A stretch of DNA of 62,896 nt, counting the filler, from Globobulimina sp. (lineage: Eukaryota), in assembly GCA_003354225.1 (NCBI GenBank). It is 43 parts of 43 records of this genome, joined end to end, with 100 filler letters (N's around TTAATTAATTAA, not from the genome) between each part and the next. Parts side by side here need not be neighbours in the genome. Positions count along the whole stretch, not along the records: positions 21,990 to 23,354 come from PIVH01017885.1; positions 23,455 to 24,819 come from PIVH01017886.1; positions 24,920 to 26,284 come from PIVH01017887.1; positions 26,385 to 27,749 come from PIVH01017888.1; positions 27,850 to 29,214 come from PIVH01017889.1; positions 29,315 to 30,679 come from PIVH01017890.1; positions 30,780 to 32,144 come from PIVH01017891.1; positions 32,245 to 33,609 come from PIVH01017892.1; 35 more parts are not named here. The stretch is one strand, 5' to 3'. Numbering within the stretch: position 1 is the stretch's first letter; every line of letters starts with the position of its first letter. The notes beneath the pieces were generated by a model. That model made no database searches. It had not been told where the DNA came from and worked only from the letters and a program-made list of their open reading frames with translations. Positions 22,872 to 35,174 of this stretch are shown piece by piece. Position numbers and translations under genes: made by a program.

Positions 22872-23354
22872 ATGGCAACCGAACAAAAACTGACGATATC
22901 AGACTCTCCACCGTATTGTGATGATGGCTATCCGATCATTATTGTCGGTTCAGGCTTGGCCGGCCATTCCGCCGCAGCTCAGGCAATATCAATTTTAGAA
23001 TCACAAAATAAATTAAAATCTCACCCAATAGTCATGTTTGAAAAAGAGGAGAAATTTGGCGGGAATTCAATGAAAGCAACCTCCGGAATAAATGGCGCAA
23101 ACACTGAATTTCAGAAAGATGCCAAAATCAAAGATAATTTAAATGATTTCACCAAAGATACATATTATTCATCCATTGGAGGCCAAAACATTGATGAGAA
23201 ACAACAAGATATTTCTTTCAATAACATCAATAAATTAATCACCACATTAACTTCCTCCTCGACTGCCGCTGTTAATTGGTTGAAAAACGAATTTAATTTG
23301 CAATTAACTGCAATATCGCAATGTGGCGGACATTCACATCCGCGCACACATCGA
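22872..23354 (+). CDS. Soluble FAD-dependent fumarate reductase (Osm1/Frd1/flavocytochrome c family), 3'-partial
   Basis: IIVGSGLAG, EKE...GGNSMKATSGING, GGHSHPRTHR. Confidence 0.85.
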
Positions 23355-23454
23355 NNNNNNNNNNNNNNNNNNNNNNNNNNNNNNNNNNNNNNNNNNNNTT
23401 AATTAATTAANNNNNNNNNNNNNNNNNNNNNNNNNNNNNNNNNNNNNNNNNNNN

Positions 23455-24819
23455 AATGATGACTCATTTGAGAATGTTTGTGCCCACAAATACTTTATGA
23501 AATGGTCACAATTAATATTCGAAGATATGATATATAAGTTACGAGACATTCGATATTGTCAGCAAACTGATTTTGATTTGAATTATAAACTATTAATTAA
23601 AAAATCATATGTTGATAACAATGAATTGCCTGTAAATATTAATAATGCATTAGAAGTGAGAAAATATTGTTGTTTTACAGAGAACAAACGAATGGACGAC
23701 AACAGCGGTCCTTTTACCAACATCACAATGTTCACTCCCTTGGAATGTTCATTATCCTCATTATCAAAAGGCTCGTTTGTTATTTTGTTCCCAGAAACGA
23801 ATGTGATTGATAATAAACAGTGCATTGTCGGCTATATTTATAAAATGAGTCAACTTTCACAAACCATAACGCTACGCATTGCAGATCATGGTGAAAATAT
23901 AGAAAATGACTGTAAATGGCACTTATTATCGATGGGTGCATCAGGTGTCTCTTTTGAGAGTCAATGGGAAGCATTACAAAAGATTACAAATGGCAGCGGT
24001 TCTACTTTGGTTTCACAGCAACTCCGATCAATATTATACAATAACGACATTGCAACAGAGGCAGTTGCAAATAAACCAAAAGCATTGATTGAAACTGCAT
24101 TATTGTGCCAGTTAAATGAGTCGCAACGCAGAGCTGTAGATCGTGCATTGAATGATAATAATAACATGACATTGATCCAAGGCCCTCCAGGTACCGGCAA
24201 GACGCACGTTGCTGCAGCCATTGTGGAGCAATATTTTATGATTCGATCGGAGCAGGCTCCAAAAGCAAAAATATTATTATCTGCCTACTCCAACATTGCG
24301 GTGGATGTACTAACAGAGAGAGTGCAATCCGTGGAAGGTTTATATCCGTTGAGAATTGGCCACGATTCTACGATAGATGCGGCTGCGAACAATGGTGTGT
24401 TGTTAACTAGTTATGCTGTCTGGGAATGGCAGGATAGAATCAGGCAAACAGAGATAATATGTTCGACGAGTATTGGCACTGCGAGTGAGCTGTTGAAAAA
24501 TATTGAATTTGATTTGATTTTAATTGATGAAACCAGTCAAAGTACAGAGTGCGGACTGTTGGTTGCTTTGAGCAAATTGAAAAAAGAAAATGGCAAAATT
24601 GTGCTGATTGGCGATCATAAACAGTTACCGCCGACGGTCTTGTCCAGCAATGCTAAAAAAAGCGGATTGGATATAAGTTTATTTGAGAGGTTAATTTGCG
24701 AAAAAAGCATTGTAGCGAATTTGTTAGATACACAATATCGAATGCATCCGAAATTAGCAGAGTTTCCGTCTTTATATTTTTATGATAATAAGCTATTGAC
24801 AGGAATTGATGCGAAATAT
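23455..24819 (+). CDS. UPF1/DNA2/NAM7-like SF1 helicase, partial at both ends
   Basis: LNESQ, QGPPGTGKT, SNIAVD, IDETSQ, GDHKQLPP, SLFERL, QYRMHP. Confidence 0.9.
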
Positions 24820-24919
24820 NNNNNNNNNNNNNNNNNNNNNNNNNNNNNNNNNNNNNNNNNNNNTTAATTAATTAANNNNNNNNNNNNNNNNNNNNNNNNN
24901 NNNNNNNNNNNNNNNNNNN

Positions 24920-26194
24920 ATGGATTGTAGCAATGACTTGTCCATCAGTTTGTTGAAGTTCTTGGGCAGATCACTACAATAAATTAGGTTCTTTTCAACA
25001 TAACTTTGTAGTCCAAATTTTCCTTCGTAGTTGGCGGTGATCTTTCCAATTTGTTGATGCAAACAGACAATTATATCACCAATGGTAGATTTACCTAAAT
25101 TTGAACCACCAAACAAAAATGGACAAAAATTAAATTTATCGTATTGACCGATATCATAGTGTAGACGACCGAACATACCACAAACAATTTCGTAGATGTT
25201 TTGATCAGGTAACTGGAATTTAAGTATTTGATCAAAAAACGGAGTACATATAGTTGATGGATCCATAGTACATATATTTGGATCAAAATCAAAATCAAAA
25301 TACTTAGATGTTTGGAGCGATTTATTGGTGATTGACCCATATGCTTCAAACTTTATATTATATAAATCCGAAATATCTAAATATCCATTTTTGAAGGCAA
25401 ATATATGCTTGTTATAACTGATAAATCTGAAGTTCATTGGCTCAAATACTTGGATATATGTTTTTAGTTGTTTGAAAAAATTTGTGTTTGAATTGAAGAT
25501 TTTATTGATGGATGGCTTATTCGAATTTGTGAAATACTTATTTAAAAAATCATCAATTGAGCACATTTTTTTATAAACTATGGGTACATCTTTTAATGGA
25601 ATATATATATCACGGGTATCTTTTTTCAAGCAATAATAATTCACCAATTCCGTAAGTTCAATTACTAATATTTCGAAGGACAGTAGTTTCTTATCAGGCA
25701 GTAGTGCTTGCTCTTTATTCAAAAGTAGTGCTTTTAGGGAACGCCATTGTTCTGAACTAGGAATCCGTTCGTCCAAATTACAATAATCACAACGCCTTAT
25801 TATATTTCTGGAACTCAGTTCAATTCGACAATGTTCGCAACCCAAATATTGTTCGCTAATATAGACCTTCTTTTTATTTTTTGTGAATATTTTCCAAATT
25901 AGTTCGGTTCCAAAGATCATATTCAATAATTTATTTGGTTCAGATTGGTGCACAATCAGTTTGAAGCTTTTGCAATCTTCATCATGACATTTACAATATA
26001 TGTTGGTGGTGATCTTATTTTGGACCAAAAAGTTGTTGTTGTTTTTGTGGTTCTTTCCACAAACATCGTTGCTGATATTATGTAAGACTATGTTATTGTC
26101 GGTCTTCGAACTGATAATATTAAAATTACGAAGAGGATCGGAAGATGGGGAAACAATAATATCAAGATCTTCGGGTGCTAATATATATGAGGCT
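24920..26194 (-). CDS. Viral-type primase-helicase: primase Zn-finger + D5_N + SF3 helicase, 3'-partial, 5' end disrupted
   Basis: C.KNHKNN...YCKCHDEDC Zn-finger, FAFKNGYLD, PFLFGGSNLGKST (Walker A), FGLQS..K..I..SD (Walker B region); no introns. Confidence 0.75.
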
Positions 26195-26384
26195 TAACTA
26201 ATTGATTGTTCGCATCAAAAAACTCAGTTATGGTTGTGTGTTCAGAATTTATTTTTTTAAATAATTTCAAATATTTTATTATTTNNNNNNNNNNNNNNNN
26301 NNNNNNNNNNNNNNNNNNNNNNNNNNNNTTAATTAATTAANNNNNNNNNNNNNNNNNNNNNNNNNNNNNNNNNNNNNNNNNNNN

Positions 26385-27463
26385 TGATACATCCGTTTTG
26401 TCCCCGGATGTTGCCAAAGATGAGATTCGACATTCATTGTTTTGGGCACAAAAGAAATGGGAAGATCCTTGTGTTAATTTGCCGAAAGCAGTTCGCGATT
26501 CATTTGATTTATGCAATTTTGGTATGGAACCATGATATATTGGTACTATAATATATATAATTAATAATGTTTGCACAATAAATAGCATGTTCACATCCAT
26601 CGCATCAAGAGGAAGAAAAGAAAAAAGGAGAAGAGGATTTAACCAAATTTTGTGTGGAGAAATTGTGGCATAAACCATATAAATCATCCACAGGACATCA
26701 TTTTCTTTGCAGGTATGCCAATATTTTGTACATTCCACTGATTTGTTTCATTTGATTTAATATTAAAATAGCCATCCATTTGGAGCAGCACATGTTGTAT
26801 TTGTTTGTGATATTAGCGGTTCAATGAGTTCTTCGGATGGTAATGGTTCCAAGGCACAGTATCCTTTTATAAAAAATTCTGGTTCATTAGATAATCGATT
26901 GGGTGCATTGTATTCTGCCATACATAAATTTTTGGATATTCGATTACAAAAAGGTTGTGCTGACACCGTGAGTGCTGTTATGACACCAGGACATCCCAAA
27001 GCATTTGCAGCAAAAAGGGTTACTGCAGATTTTGATTTTGTGAAGAAGCATTTGTTGTTATTTAAACCGTACGGTGGTGAGAATTATGGCCAAGCATTTC
27101 GTGATGCAAAAGCTGTGATTAATGTCAAAGAAGAAACCGTAGTGATATTTTTAACTGATGGGTATTCGAGTGATAATGGGGCAAAAGCAATTGTAACTGG
27201 TTTGAGAAATACTATGAAGAATAAGTTTAAATTAATATGCATCACATTAGGACCTAATCAATCAGCTGCAAATACGACAGTTGTAAATATTAAAGAGGCT
27301 GCGGATGGAACAATGGTTAAAGCGTTAAGTGGTACTGAATTGGGTATGCTGTCTTTATCTGATATATAAATTCGCTGTTAACACTATTATGTGATATTTA
27401 GGCACCACATTCAAAATACTTGCAAAGCAAATGAATACGGGCGTTATAGGCAGATTGAAGTAA
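26385..27463 (+). CDS. C-terminus of a large protein: Cys/His-rich region + vWA domain; introns 26522-26585, 26713-26771, 27344-27401
   Basis: MIDAS DISGSM and FLTDG; three GT-AG introns keep the frame to TAA at 27461-27463. Confidence 0.8.
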
Positions 27464-27849
27464 ACCAATTAATAATTAAATATTGTCTTAATAACTCATT
27501 GAATTTATATAAGATCAATGTGTTGTTTTGTAAAATATTTTTGTTTTGTTTTGTTTAGTTTTGTTTTTATATAAGAAATTATATTGAAAGAATTTGAAAA
27601 ACACTCCGAGACTTTGCGTATTTCATCCACTTCATATACATTTCTTAATAAAGTTCTAACGTTTTTCGTTTCCCAGTAACGTTTGTAACTGACTGCTGTT
27701 TTTATGCTTGTCGCAATTTCAGACAAATTGAAGCTGATTGTGTGAGATGNNNNNNNNNNNNNNNNNNNNNNNNNNNNNNNNNNNNNNNNNNNNTTAATTA
27801 ATTAANNNNNNNNNNNNNNNNNNNNNNNNNNNNNNNNNNNNNNNNNNNN

Positions 27850-28349
27850 ATTTGTATTGTTGATGACATATTTGCTACAGATTGACATTCATTTGTGTGG
27901 TTTTCGTAAATTGATAAATGAGGACATAGCCATTGACATTCTATATTGTACTGATAAAACGAGGCATATTTTCCATTTGAACATGATTTATATTTCGACT
28001 CAATTCCGATGATTGGCGGCAAATTATTTGTGCTCATCAAATGGGAACGGTATGATTGAATGTCTTTATTTTTAATTGCATTTTCTTGTTCAAATGTATT
28101 TGAAGATACAGTAAAACCAATATCAATGTAATGCGTTACCGATAGATCTTTGATAAATGCAATGGTGATATTCTCATTTTGTACATTAAAAAAAGTTGAT
28201 GAAGATTCAATGAAATGTTGGAAATAATTAATAGTAAAACCAAATTGATTTGTATCACTAAAGCTTATTTCAAATGGAACCAGAAATATAACATTTTGAA
28301 GACCATTGGACACAATGAATAGCAATGGGAGTAGAAACAAATACATGTT
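27850..28349 (-). CDS. Secreted protein with signal peptide, 3'-partial
   Basis: Hydrophobic leader MYLFLLPLLFIVSNG; Cys-rich segment at the end. Confidence 0.5.
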
Positions 28350-28605
28350 GCAGATCATGAGTGACGTACTGAGGAAGCGGAATTAGTGTCAGAGTGTTTG
28401 TAAAAACTGGCTCCAAAACAAAAACATGTAGAGTTTCGGACACATTTTTGCAGCAACGGAGAATGGAACTTTTTTGTTGCAAATAACTGTAGCAAACTAC
28501 TGCATGGATTTTGAAAAAAACGTATCAAAAAACAGCTCTCGAAAAAAAATACATATGAGATTTGTTCAGTTCATCATCAAATAGATATAGTTTGCGTTTT
28601 GATAC

Positions 28606-29214
28606 TCAAAGCAATTTAAAATCATTATCTCCAGACTCCACCGTATATATTTGTACAGCAGGATAATAGATTTTATTTTTGTCTTTCAATTCTGCCTCAA
28701 ACACAAATTCACCATTTTTCCAAAAACAAACTGTCCAAAAATTACAATCCAATCGAACTCTGATTATATCTCCGCAATTCCACTCAAAAACTGATTTACT
28801 GTCCTTCCAACCATTCACTTCGATTTGTCCTCCACTAAAATAATATGCATAACTTCCAAGGTCTCTCCACATCTGCACATTAGCCTTGACTGCAGGTTTA
28901 TAATTTGATACCAATCCAATTGCCGCATAATATATTTCTGTAAATTTAATGTTCCATTCATGCACACCTTCATTCCATCCAATACTGCTCACAAAACAGA
29001 CCTGATAATAATAACCAACATCACCAAAATAGCCAGCTCCCAATGATATGCATCGCGTTCCATTTTCAATGACTTTGCAATATTTTTTGCAATACACATC
29101 AAATTCAAACCGTTCTTTAATAATTTGAGTGCAAAACAGAAATTGAATATTTTTGGTGAACGTATTAATTATTTCACAAATATTATTGATTGGAGGTGTT
29201 GTGAATAATAAATC
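28606..29214 (-). CDS. SPRY/B30.2 domain protein, 5'-partial
   Basis: GWNEGVHEW.IK, AIGLV, GDII.V.LDC..TV.F.KNG, YYPAV. Confidence 0.8.
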   Translation of the reverse strand, partial: DLLFTTPPINNICEIINTFTKNIQFLFCTQIIKERFEFDVYCKKYCKVIENGTRCISLGAGYFGDVGYYYQVCFVSSIGWNEGVHEWNIKFTEIYYAAIGLVSNYKPAVKANVQMWRDLGSYAYYFSGGQIEVNGWKDSKSVFEWNCGDIIRVRLDCNFWTVCFWKNGEFVFEAELKDKNKIYYPAVQIYTVESGDNDFKLL

Positions 29215-29323
29215 NNNNNNNNNNNNNNNNNNNNNNNNNNNNNNNNNNNNNNNNNNNNTTAATTAATTAANNNNNNNNNNNNNNNNNNNNNNNNNNNNNN
29301 NNNNNNNNNNNNNNAGTCAAGTT

Positions 29324-29845
29324 ATGAATGATGATTTTAAAGAACCTCTCAATTTAATTGATGAGGATATGAAAGGCGATGAAGAAATAAAAACAGAAAT
29401 AGAAATAGAAGCAAATGATGATGTGTTTGCATGCCAACATTTAACTGCCTCAAATTTAAAACAACTTCATTTGGATTTGCATGAATGTCATGAAAATATT
29501 AAACAAGAATTAATAAATTTATTTGAAACCAATTATCCCCAATTTTTGGAATTAAATGAATCGTTACGCAGCGGAACACAAACCAATATTAAAAAATGCG
29601 TGGATTCATTAAATAATATGCATAAGAAATATAATAATATGTACCAGCAAATATTACGTTTATTACAAGGAATATATTCAAAAAGTAAATTAAAATCAGA
29701 TTTTCAAAGCAAAATAAATAATGATTTTGATCCATTTAAAAATATGAATATGAATGGAAGACATTTAAAAATCAATAATAACTTTAAACAATTATTTTGC
29801 GATGAAATCAGTGAATCAATTGAACGTAAACAGTATCAATTATAA
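29324..29845 (+). CDS. COG2/Vps51-like N-terminal coiled-coil (first exon or partial)
   Basis: L..L..DL.....IKQELINLFETNYPQFLEL..SL resembles the COG2 N-terminal motif. Confidence 0.45.
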   Translation: MNDDFKEPLNLIDEDMKGDEEIKTEIEIEANDDVFACQHLTASNLKQLHLDLHECHENIKQELINLFETNYPQFLELNESLRSGTQTNIKKCVDSLNNMHKKYNNMYQQILRLLQGIYSKSKLKSDFQSKINNDFDPFKNMNMNGRHLKINNNFKQLFCDEISESIERKQYQL

Positions 29846-30400
29846 CACAAATCCTCTCGTTTAGAATGTATTGCAATTTTGTTATGCAAATTAAGTGCAA
29901 TTTTTGTTTTCGCGCATAAATATTATAAAAAATAATAGAAATGGATATTTTGAATGGAATTTAAAACATAATGAGCTAAATCACATATAATCTGGAATTA
30001 TAAATTGTTTTTGGATGTAATTATAAAATGGTTTTATGCATATAAACACAGTTAATAATGGCATTACAATATGATTGTTATGCACACACAAACATGTCCA
30101 TTATTTGCATTATAATATTGCTTATATGTGCACATAAACATAGCTATTAGTAGCAGAATAAAATTGTGTTTAAGATATTAAAACACGTGAAATTGTATAT
30201 TTTGTGTTTTTTTTGATGTTTGGAATATTAATTTATTGTTTTTTTATTGTTTGGACTGTTTAACATGTTGTTTTCTGCCTATTAATTTATTGTAATATTT
30301 GTATAAATTGAGTCGAAAGATGAGCAGGTTGAGCAGGCTGAGCCTGCTCATATGTTGAAGCAGCCTAAAAACATTAAGTAAAACACTACATGTATCCGTC

Positions 30401-30679
30401 ATTGGTGCCTCATTCACATTTGGCACGGATCGGTGCCGAGCCTACATTTGGCACGGGTTGGTGCCTAGCCTATATTTCGCACGGGTTGGTGCCGAGCATA
30501 CATTTGGCACGCATTGGTGCCTAGCCTACATTTGGCACGGGTTGGTGCCTAGCCTATATTTCGCACGGGTTGGTGCATAGCCTACATTTGGCACGGGTTG
30601 GTGCATAGCCTACATTTGGCACGCATTGGTGCCTAGCCTACATTTGGCACGGGTTGGTGCCTAGCCTACATTTGACACG
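30401..30679 (+). repeat. 28-bp GC-rich minisatellite (~10 copies) with an internal dyad
   Basis: Consensus GGCACGGGTTGGTGCCTAGCCTACATTT; GGCAC/GTGCC stem in each unit; runs off the contig end. Confidence 0.92.
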
Positions 30680-30779
30680 NNNNNNNNNNNNNNNNNNNNN
30701 NNNNNNNNNNNNNNNNNNNNNNNTTAATTAATTAANNNNNNNNNNNNNNNNNNNNNNNNNNNNNNNNNNNNNNNNNNNN

Positions 30780-31210
30780 TTTTTTAGTTTAAAAGGCGTT
30801 TTTCGGCGTTTACATTTTTCGTGTGAAAGTTTTTAAGATGCTCCGACGTACCGCGCAACTTTTGGAATAATAGCCGAAACTTATGTGAAAATCGTCCTTT
30901 TTTAGTTAAAAATGCGTTTTTCGGCGTTTACATGTTTTCTGTGATAGTTTTTAAGATGCACCGAGGTACCGCGCACCTTTTCTAACAATTTTCGCTGTTC
31001 GAAATTTGTTATTTGGGCCGATTTTGGCCAAAAACCGCGAGAAAGCCAAAACTTATGTGAAAAACGTCCTTTTTCATTTTAAAAGGCGTTTTTCGGCGTT
31101 TACATTTTTCCTGTAATACTGTTTAGGATGCACCGACATACTGCGCATCTTTTCTGACAATTTTCGCTGTTCGAAATTCGTTATTTCGGTCGATTTTGGC
31201 CAAAATCCGC
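30780..31210 (+). repeat. Three diverged direct repeats of a ~120-170 bp unit (non-coding)
   Basis: TTTAAAAGGCGTTTTTCGGCGTTTACAT...GATGCACCGA recurs at ~30788, ~30906 and ~31078; ACAATTTTCGCTGTTCGAAATT occurs twice. Confidence 0.8.
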
Positions 31211-32414
31211 ATCCAAATTACCACATGTTGCGTGAAAATGCCTCAATCTTTCGATTACTGTTCTTTTTCCTTATATTCCCTTCACCTGTGGTATTTTCTA
31301 AGCTTCCTCTACCCTATGCGCACCTTTTTATAATTTTGTCCCATTCCAAAACGCCAAAAAAATGTGATTTTCGGCCAAATTACCATATGTAGGTCGGATT
31401 TTTTCCATAGATAATTAGGTCGGATGCTACACCTGACACACATACCCGCTGACTTTCTGTACCTTATTGTCACAATAAACGTGGCCCGACGTAAGGTGGC
31501 ACACCCATGTAAACATTCACATAGCAAAAGCATACCCCCCAGGTTACACCCCTAACTGCCTTGGGTTGGGTCCCAACGGTAGGGGACTGGAGGTCATTCA
31601 CAATTACAGCAGCAGTTATGGTGTTTAAATGGTCGTTTAAACAAATTTTCGGAAATCGTGAATTATACATAATATTCTACGTGTAGTTCTGAATAAGGGG
31701 CTATTTTTGTAGCCCAAAAATTATGGTTTTCTGGTCGTTTTTCGTTCGTAGACACTATCGCCCCTTTTTTTCAAAAATTGAGCCGTTTAAACAGTCATCG
31801 TGTATCGTGAATTATATACACATATTCTACGTGTATTTCCGACTTGTGGTGTTTGCGCGTTTGAGTGGCCAGATCGTTTTGATTTTTTATATCACCTGGT
31901 CCAGCCTGAATGGTGTATTTGGAGCGGCTGGGAAGGGGCTCTGCGGTATACAAACCCCAGCTGCAGTGAGCAATACCCAGGGCAACCGTGGATGAGATTA
32001 ACTATATTGTATGACGAGCAGGTTCTTCTCAGTGAATACCAGAAATTACCCAAGGTGCTTCTCCTTTAGTTCGGGTTGTGTATGCGACAACAGGAAATCT
32101 CTTTCAAATTATTGCGTTCTCTAAATGGTTTAAAACCATAAAAANNNNNNNNNNNNNNNNNNNNNNNNNNNNNNNNNNNNNNNNNNNNTTAATTAATTAA
32201 NNNNNNNNNNNNNNNNNNNNNNNNNNNNNNNNNNNNNNNNNNNNACTGCTTAGCTAGATTAATATTAAGCCATTTTTAAAACTCACAGTTTCGTATCACC
32301 CTCACAGGGACAGGGGTGTTCCAACAATCTGAGCCTGGAATCGGACTTACGTCCGATTGAATTGTAGTACTACCCCTATCTTAAAAAAAACTCAAACAAC
32401 TACTACTACAAATC

Positions 32415-33609
32415 ATGGAAAGCAATTGCACACTGTGCTATGGCGATGATGTTTTATGTAACGAGACAATATTTGAATGTGACAGTGGCTGTTACATTTG
32501 GGACAGGTGGGTTTGTGATGGTGAGAGAGAGTGTGCAGATGGATCTGATGAAACAGAATGTCCACAATATCAATGCGAAATTGTGAGACTTCAATGTCAA
32601 TGATGGAAATGGAAACTGAAACGGATCGACAAACAGATTGAGGAGACTGATGAATTATGAATAGAATCCTATGTAACAGCATGAGGACCTTTGTATAAGT
32701 GTTCTATTTTTTGTATCCTCGACCATGCTCTTTGTGTGTGTTGGATATTACGTTTTTATTGTAATATTTTTGATATTAAAGTTTTTTTGCTTGTATTACC
32801 AAAACTTGCGTTCATTGGTGCGTCATTATTTAGGCAAACAAAGTGGATGAATTTGTTTCGGACCATCACCCTAAAAACATTAGAATGTATAAAATCCATC
32901 CTATTGCTGATTGGATATTGTTTAAAATGGCCATATCCAAAGATGCCAAAAATCATAACATATTTTATCCCCATCAGTCATCCATCGATGAGCCTCTATT
33001 GGTGCACTATCACAACCATAACAAAATACAAATTGTATAACACCAAATTATTCTGGAAAGTAAAGAAATTCATGAAACATTATAATATCAAACTTGCCAC
33101 AGTCCCCAACAGAAATATATTCAATGAAATCCAAATATGTTTTTTAGGTTTAACTGTTCAGTGTATTGTATTTGCTTCCATTTATTTTTGGTATTCGCCC
33201 AATGTGACATTTAATCAAATATATGATCAACAAAAATATTCAAAATTTAAAGTATATTGTTTTTTATTAGCATTTTTGGCATTGCCTGCAAATATTATTT
33301 TAGCTTCAAAATATAATGCTTTTGGTGACGAATATGCAGCTCTTCCAAGCGTATTAATAACACTCTGTTGCAGCTATTTGAGCGGTCATATTCTTGTGGT
33401 TTGGTTAGACTCAGAACGAAATTCTAATGGGTTAATACCGAAAATATTAAACAAAATGAATGAATTTATAATTGAAAAATGTTTAATAGCAATGATTGAT
33501 AAATTATATGCAAAAATAAAAAACGATCGTTCAACGTTATTTGTTCCAATACCATTCCAAGGCGTTATTATGACAAAGTTTACGTGGATTCTTTTTAAAG
33601 TTAATAAAT
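32415..33609 (+). pseudogene. LDL-receptor class A repeat followed by a multi-TM region, interrupted by stops/frameshifts
   Basis: FECDSG..I..RWVCDGERECADGSDE..C is a canonical LDLa repeat. All frames between 32600 and 32690 contain stops, and hydrophobic ORFs follow. Confidence 0.55.
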
Positions 33610-33709
33610 NNNNNNNNNNNNNNNNNNNNNNNNNNNNNNNNNNNNNNNNNNNNTTAATTAATTAANNNNNNNNNNNNNNNNNNNNNNNNNNNNNNNNNNN
33701 NNNNNNNNN

Positions 33710-33823
33710 GAAGATACAATCGAAGATACAATCGAAGATACAATCGAAGATACAATCGAAGATACAATCGAAGATACAATCGAAGATACAATCGAAGATA
33801 CAATCGAAGATACAATCGAAGAT
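33710..33823 (+). repeat. 12-bp tandem repeat (GAAGATACAATC) x ~9.5; may encode (EDTI)n at an exon end
   Basis: Perfect copies from the contig start; a GTATGT donor-like site follows at ~33833. Confidence 0.95.
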
Positions 33824-33862
33824 TCTTTGTTAGTATGTAGTATGTGTATTAATAATATTTCA

Positions 33863-34069
33863 TATTCATTTTTTTGTGTCAACCAGTTTAATTGTACTGT
33901 TATATAACAAAAAGCTTTTCATAATCATCAAAACTTGTTTGTTTCAGAACTAATTATATTATTTTTGTATACTTGTTACTCGACTCCACTGACATTTATT
34001 TATATAAATATAACTGCTATAAAAGTATAGCTTAATTAAACTGGTTGATACAAACAAAAAAAATGAATA
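33863..34069. repeat. MITE-like fold-back (~207 bp)
   Basis: TATTCATTTTTTTGTGTCAACCAGTTTAATT ... AATTAAACTGGTTGATACAAACAAAAAAAATGAATA. Confidence 0.6.
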
Positions 34070-35174
34070 CTTGTGGAGCGCTGATACTATGTAATACATA
34101 ATAATGTTAAAATCATAGCATAGTTTATACAAATTTATATAATGTTAACGTTAAGTATACAAATCAATTACCAATTCTTATGATTTAATAAATCTGAATA
34201 TTTACACCATTAACAAACAATACATTATAATTTTTTAATCGACTATATTTTTGTCGAAACTCATGGTCTTTTACAGACATTTACCACAACTTCTATACGG
34301 CGCACAACACGTTTATCATCGCTCCACAACTTTTATCACCCATCAGACCATTTAGGATTCGCTAAAGAGTAATGGTCCATGCTCATCATAGTTACTTACA
34401 GTGAAGCAGTCAAATGTTAGTGAAAATAGAAAATTTAAATGTTGATTCATTGAATGAACTAAAAGCAAAAACTCTATTGGAACCAGCTAAACAGCATACA
34501 AATTCTGTGGATAGTGCTTTAAGTTTTGCATTAAAGCAACAAGATGAAAATGTCAATTTGCAGGATTCGCATAAATATATGTTATATCTTTGAGCACTAC
34601 TTTTGTTTTTGTTTTTGTTTGATGTAAATCATAGGATCTTGTGTTCCACAAATACTTGTAACAACATTAAGTTATATTTATATAAATCCGTTTATATTTT
34701 TGTTGAGCTGATAACGTACAATGTTTTTGAGTGTGGTAGCAAAAAATGACATGGACTGAAATGTTATACTGTGAACGTCCAGATGTGAAAGAACAAACAT
34801 TAACCGTCGTTGTTGATTTTGTGATGATTTTGATCTCGAGCTGTTGTTTATCACTCGCGTGATATCTCTTGATATCCAAAGAATCCCTGCAAAAATTTAA
34901 GCTTAAGACCCAATCTAAAGAATCCCTGATTTGGGCTAAATGCACAGAAACAAAACAAAACAAAAACGAAATAATAACAATAGCGATAGGTATTGCACTG
35001 TGTTTAGTGTTTTTTGTATGTGATTTTGACAAACTACAATGAAACAGTCATGGCATTACGGTCAAATTGGTGGTNNNNNNNNNNNNNNNNNNNNNNNNNN
35101 NNNNNNNNNNNNNNNNNNTTAATTAATTAANNNNNNNNNNNNNNNNNNNNNNNNNNNNNNNNNNNNNNNNNNNN

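Noticed and set aside
30401-30679. CRISPR array (28-bp partly palindromic repeats)
   Set aside because: Units are directly adjacent with no unique spacers, there are no cas genes, and the contig is eukaryotic.
31309-32069. Short ORFs in contig 30780-32144 as genes
   Set aside because: They have no motifs and lie in a repeat-rich, apparently non-coding region.
32601-32690. Three in-frame TGA codons between the LDLa ORF and the membrane ORF as stop-codon recoding or selenocysteine
   Set aside because: Other genes in the window end at TGA and use TGG for Trp. The +1 frame is more protein-like and contains TGA, TAG and TAA, which fits pseudogene decay.
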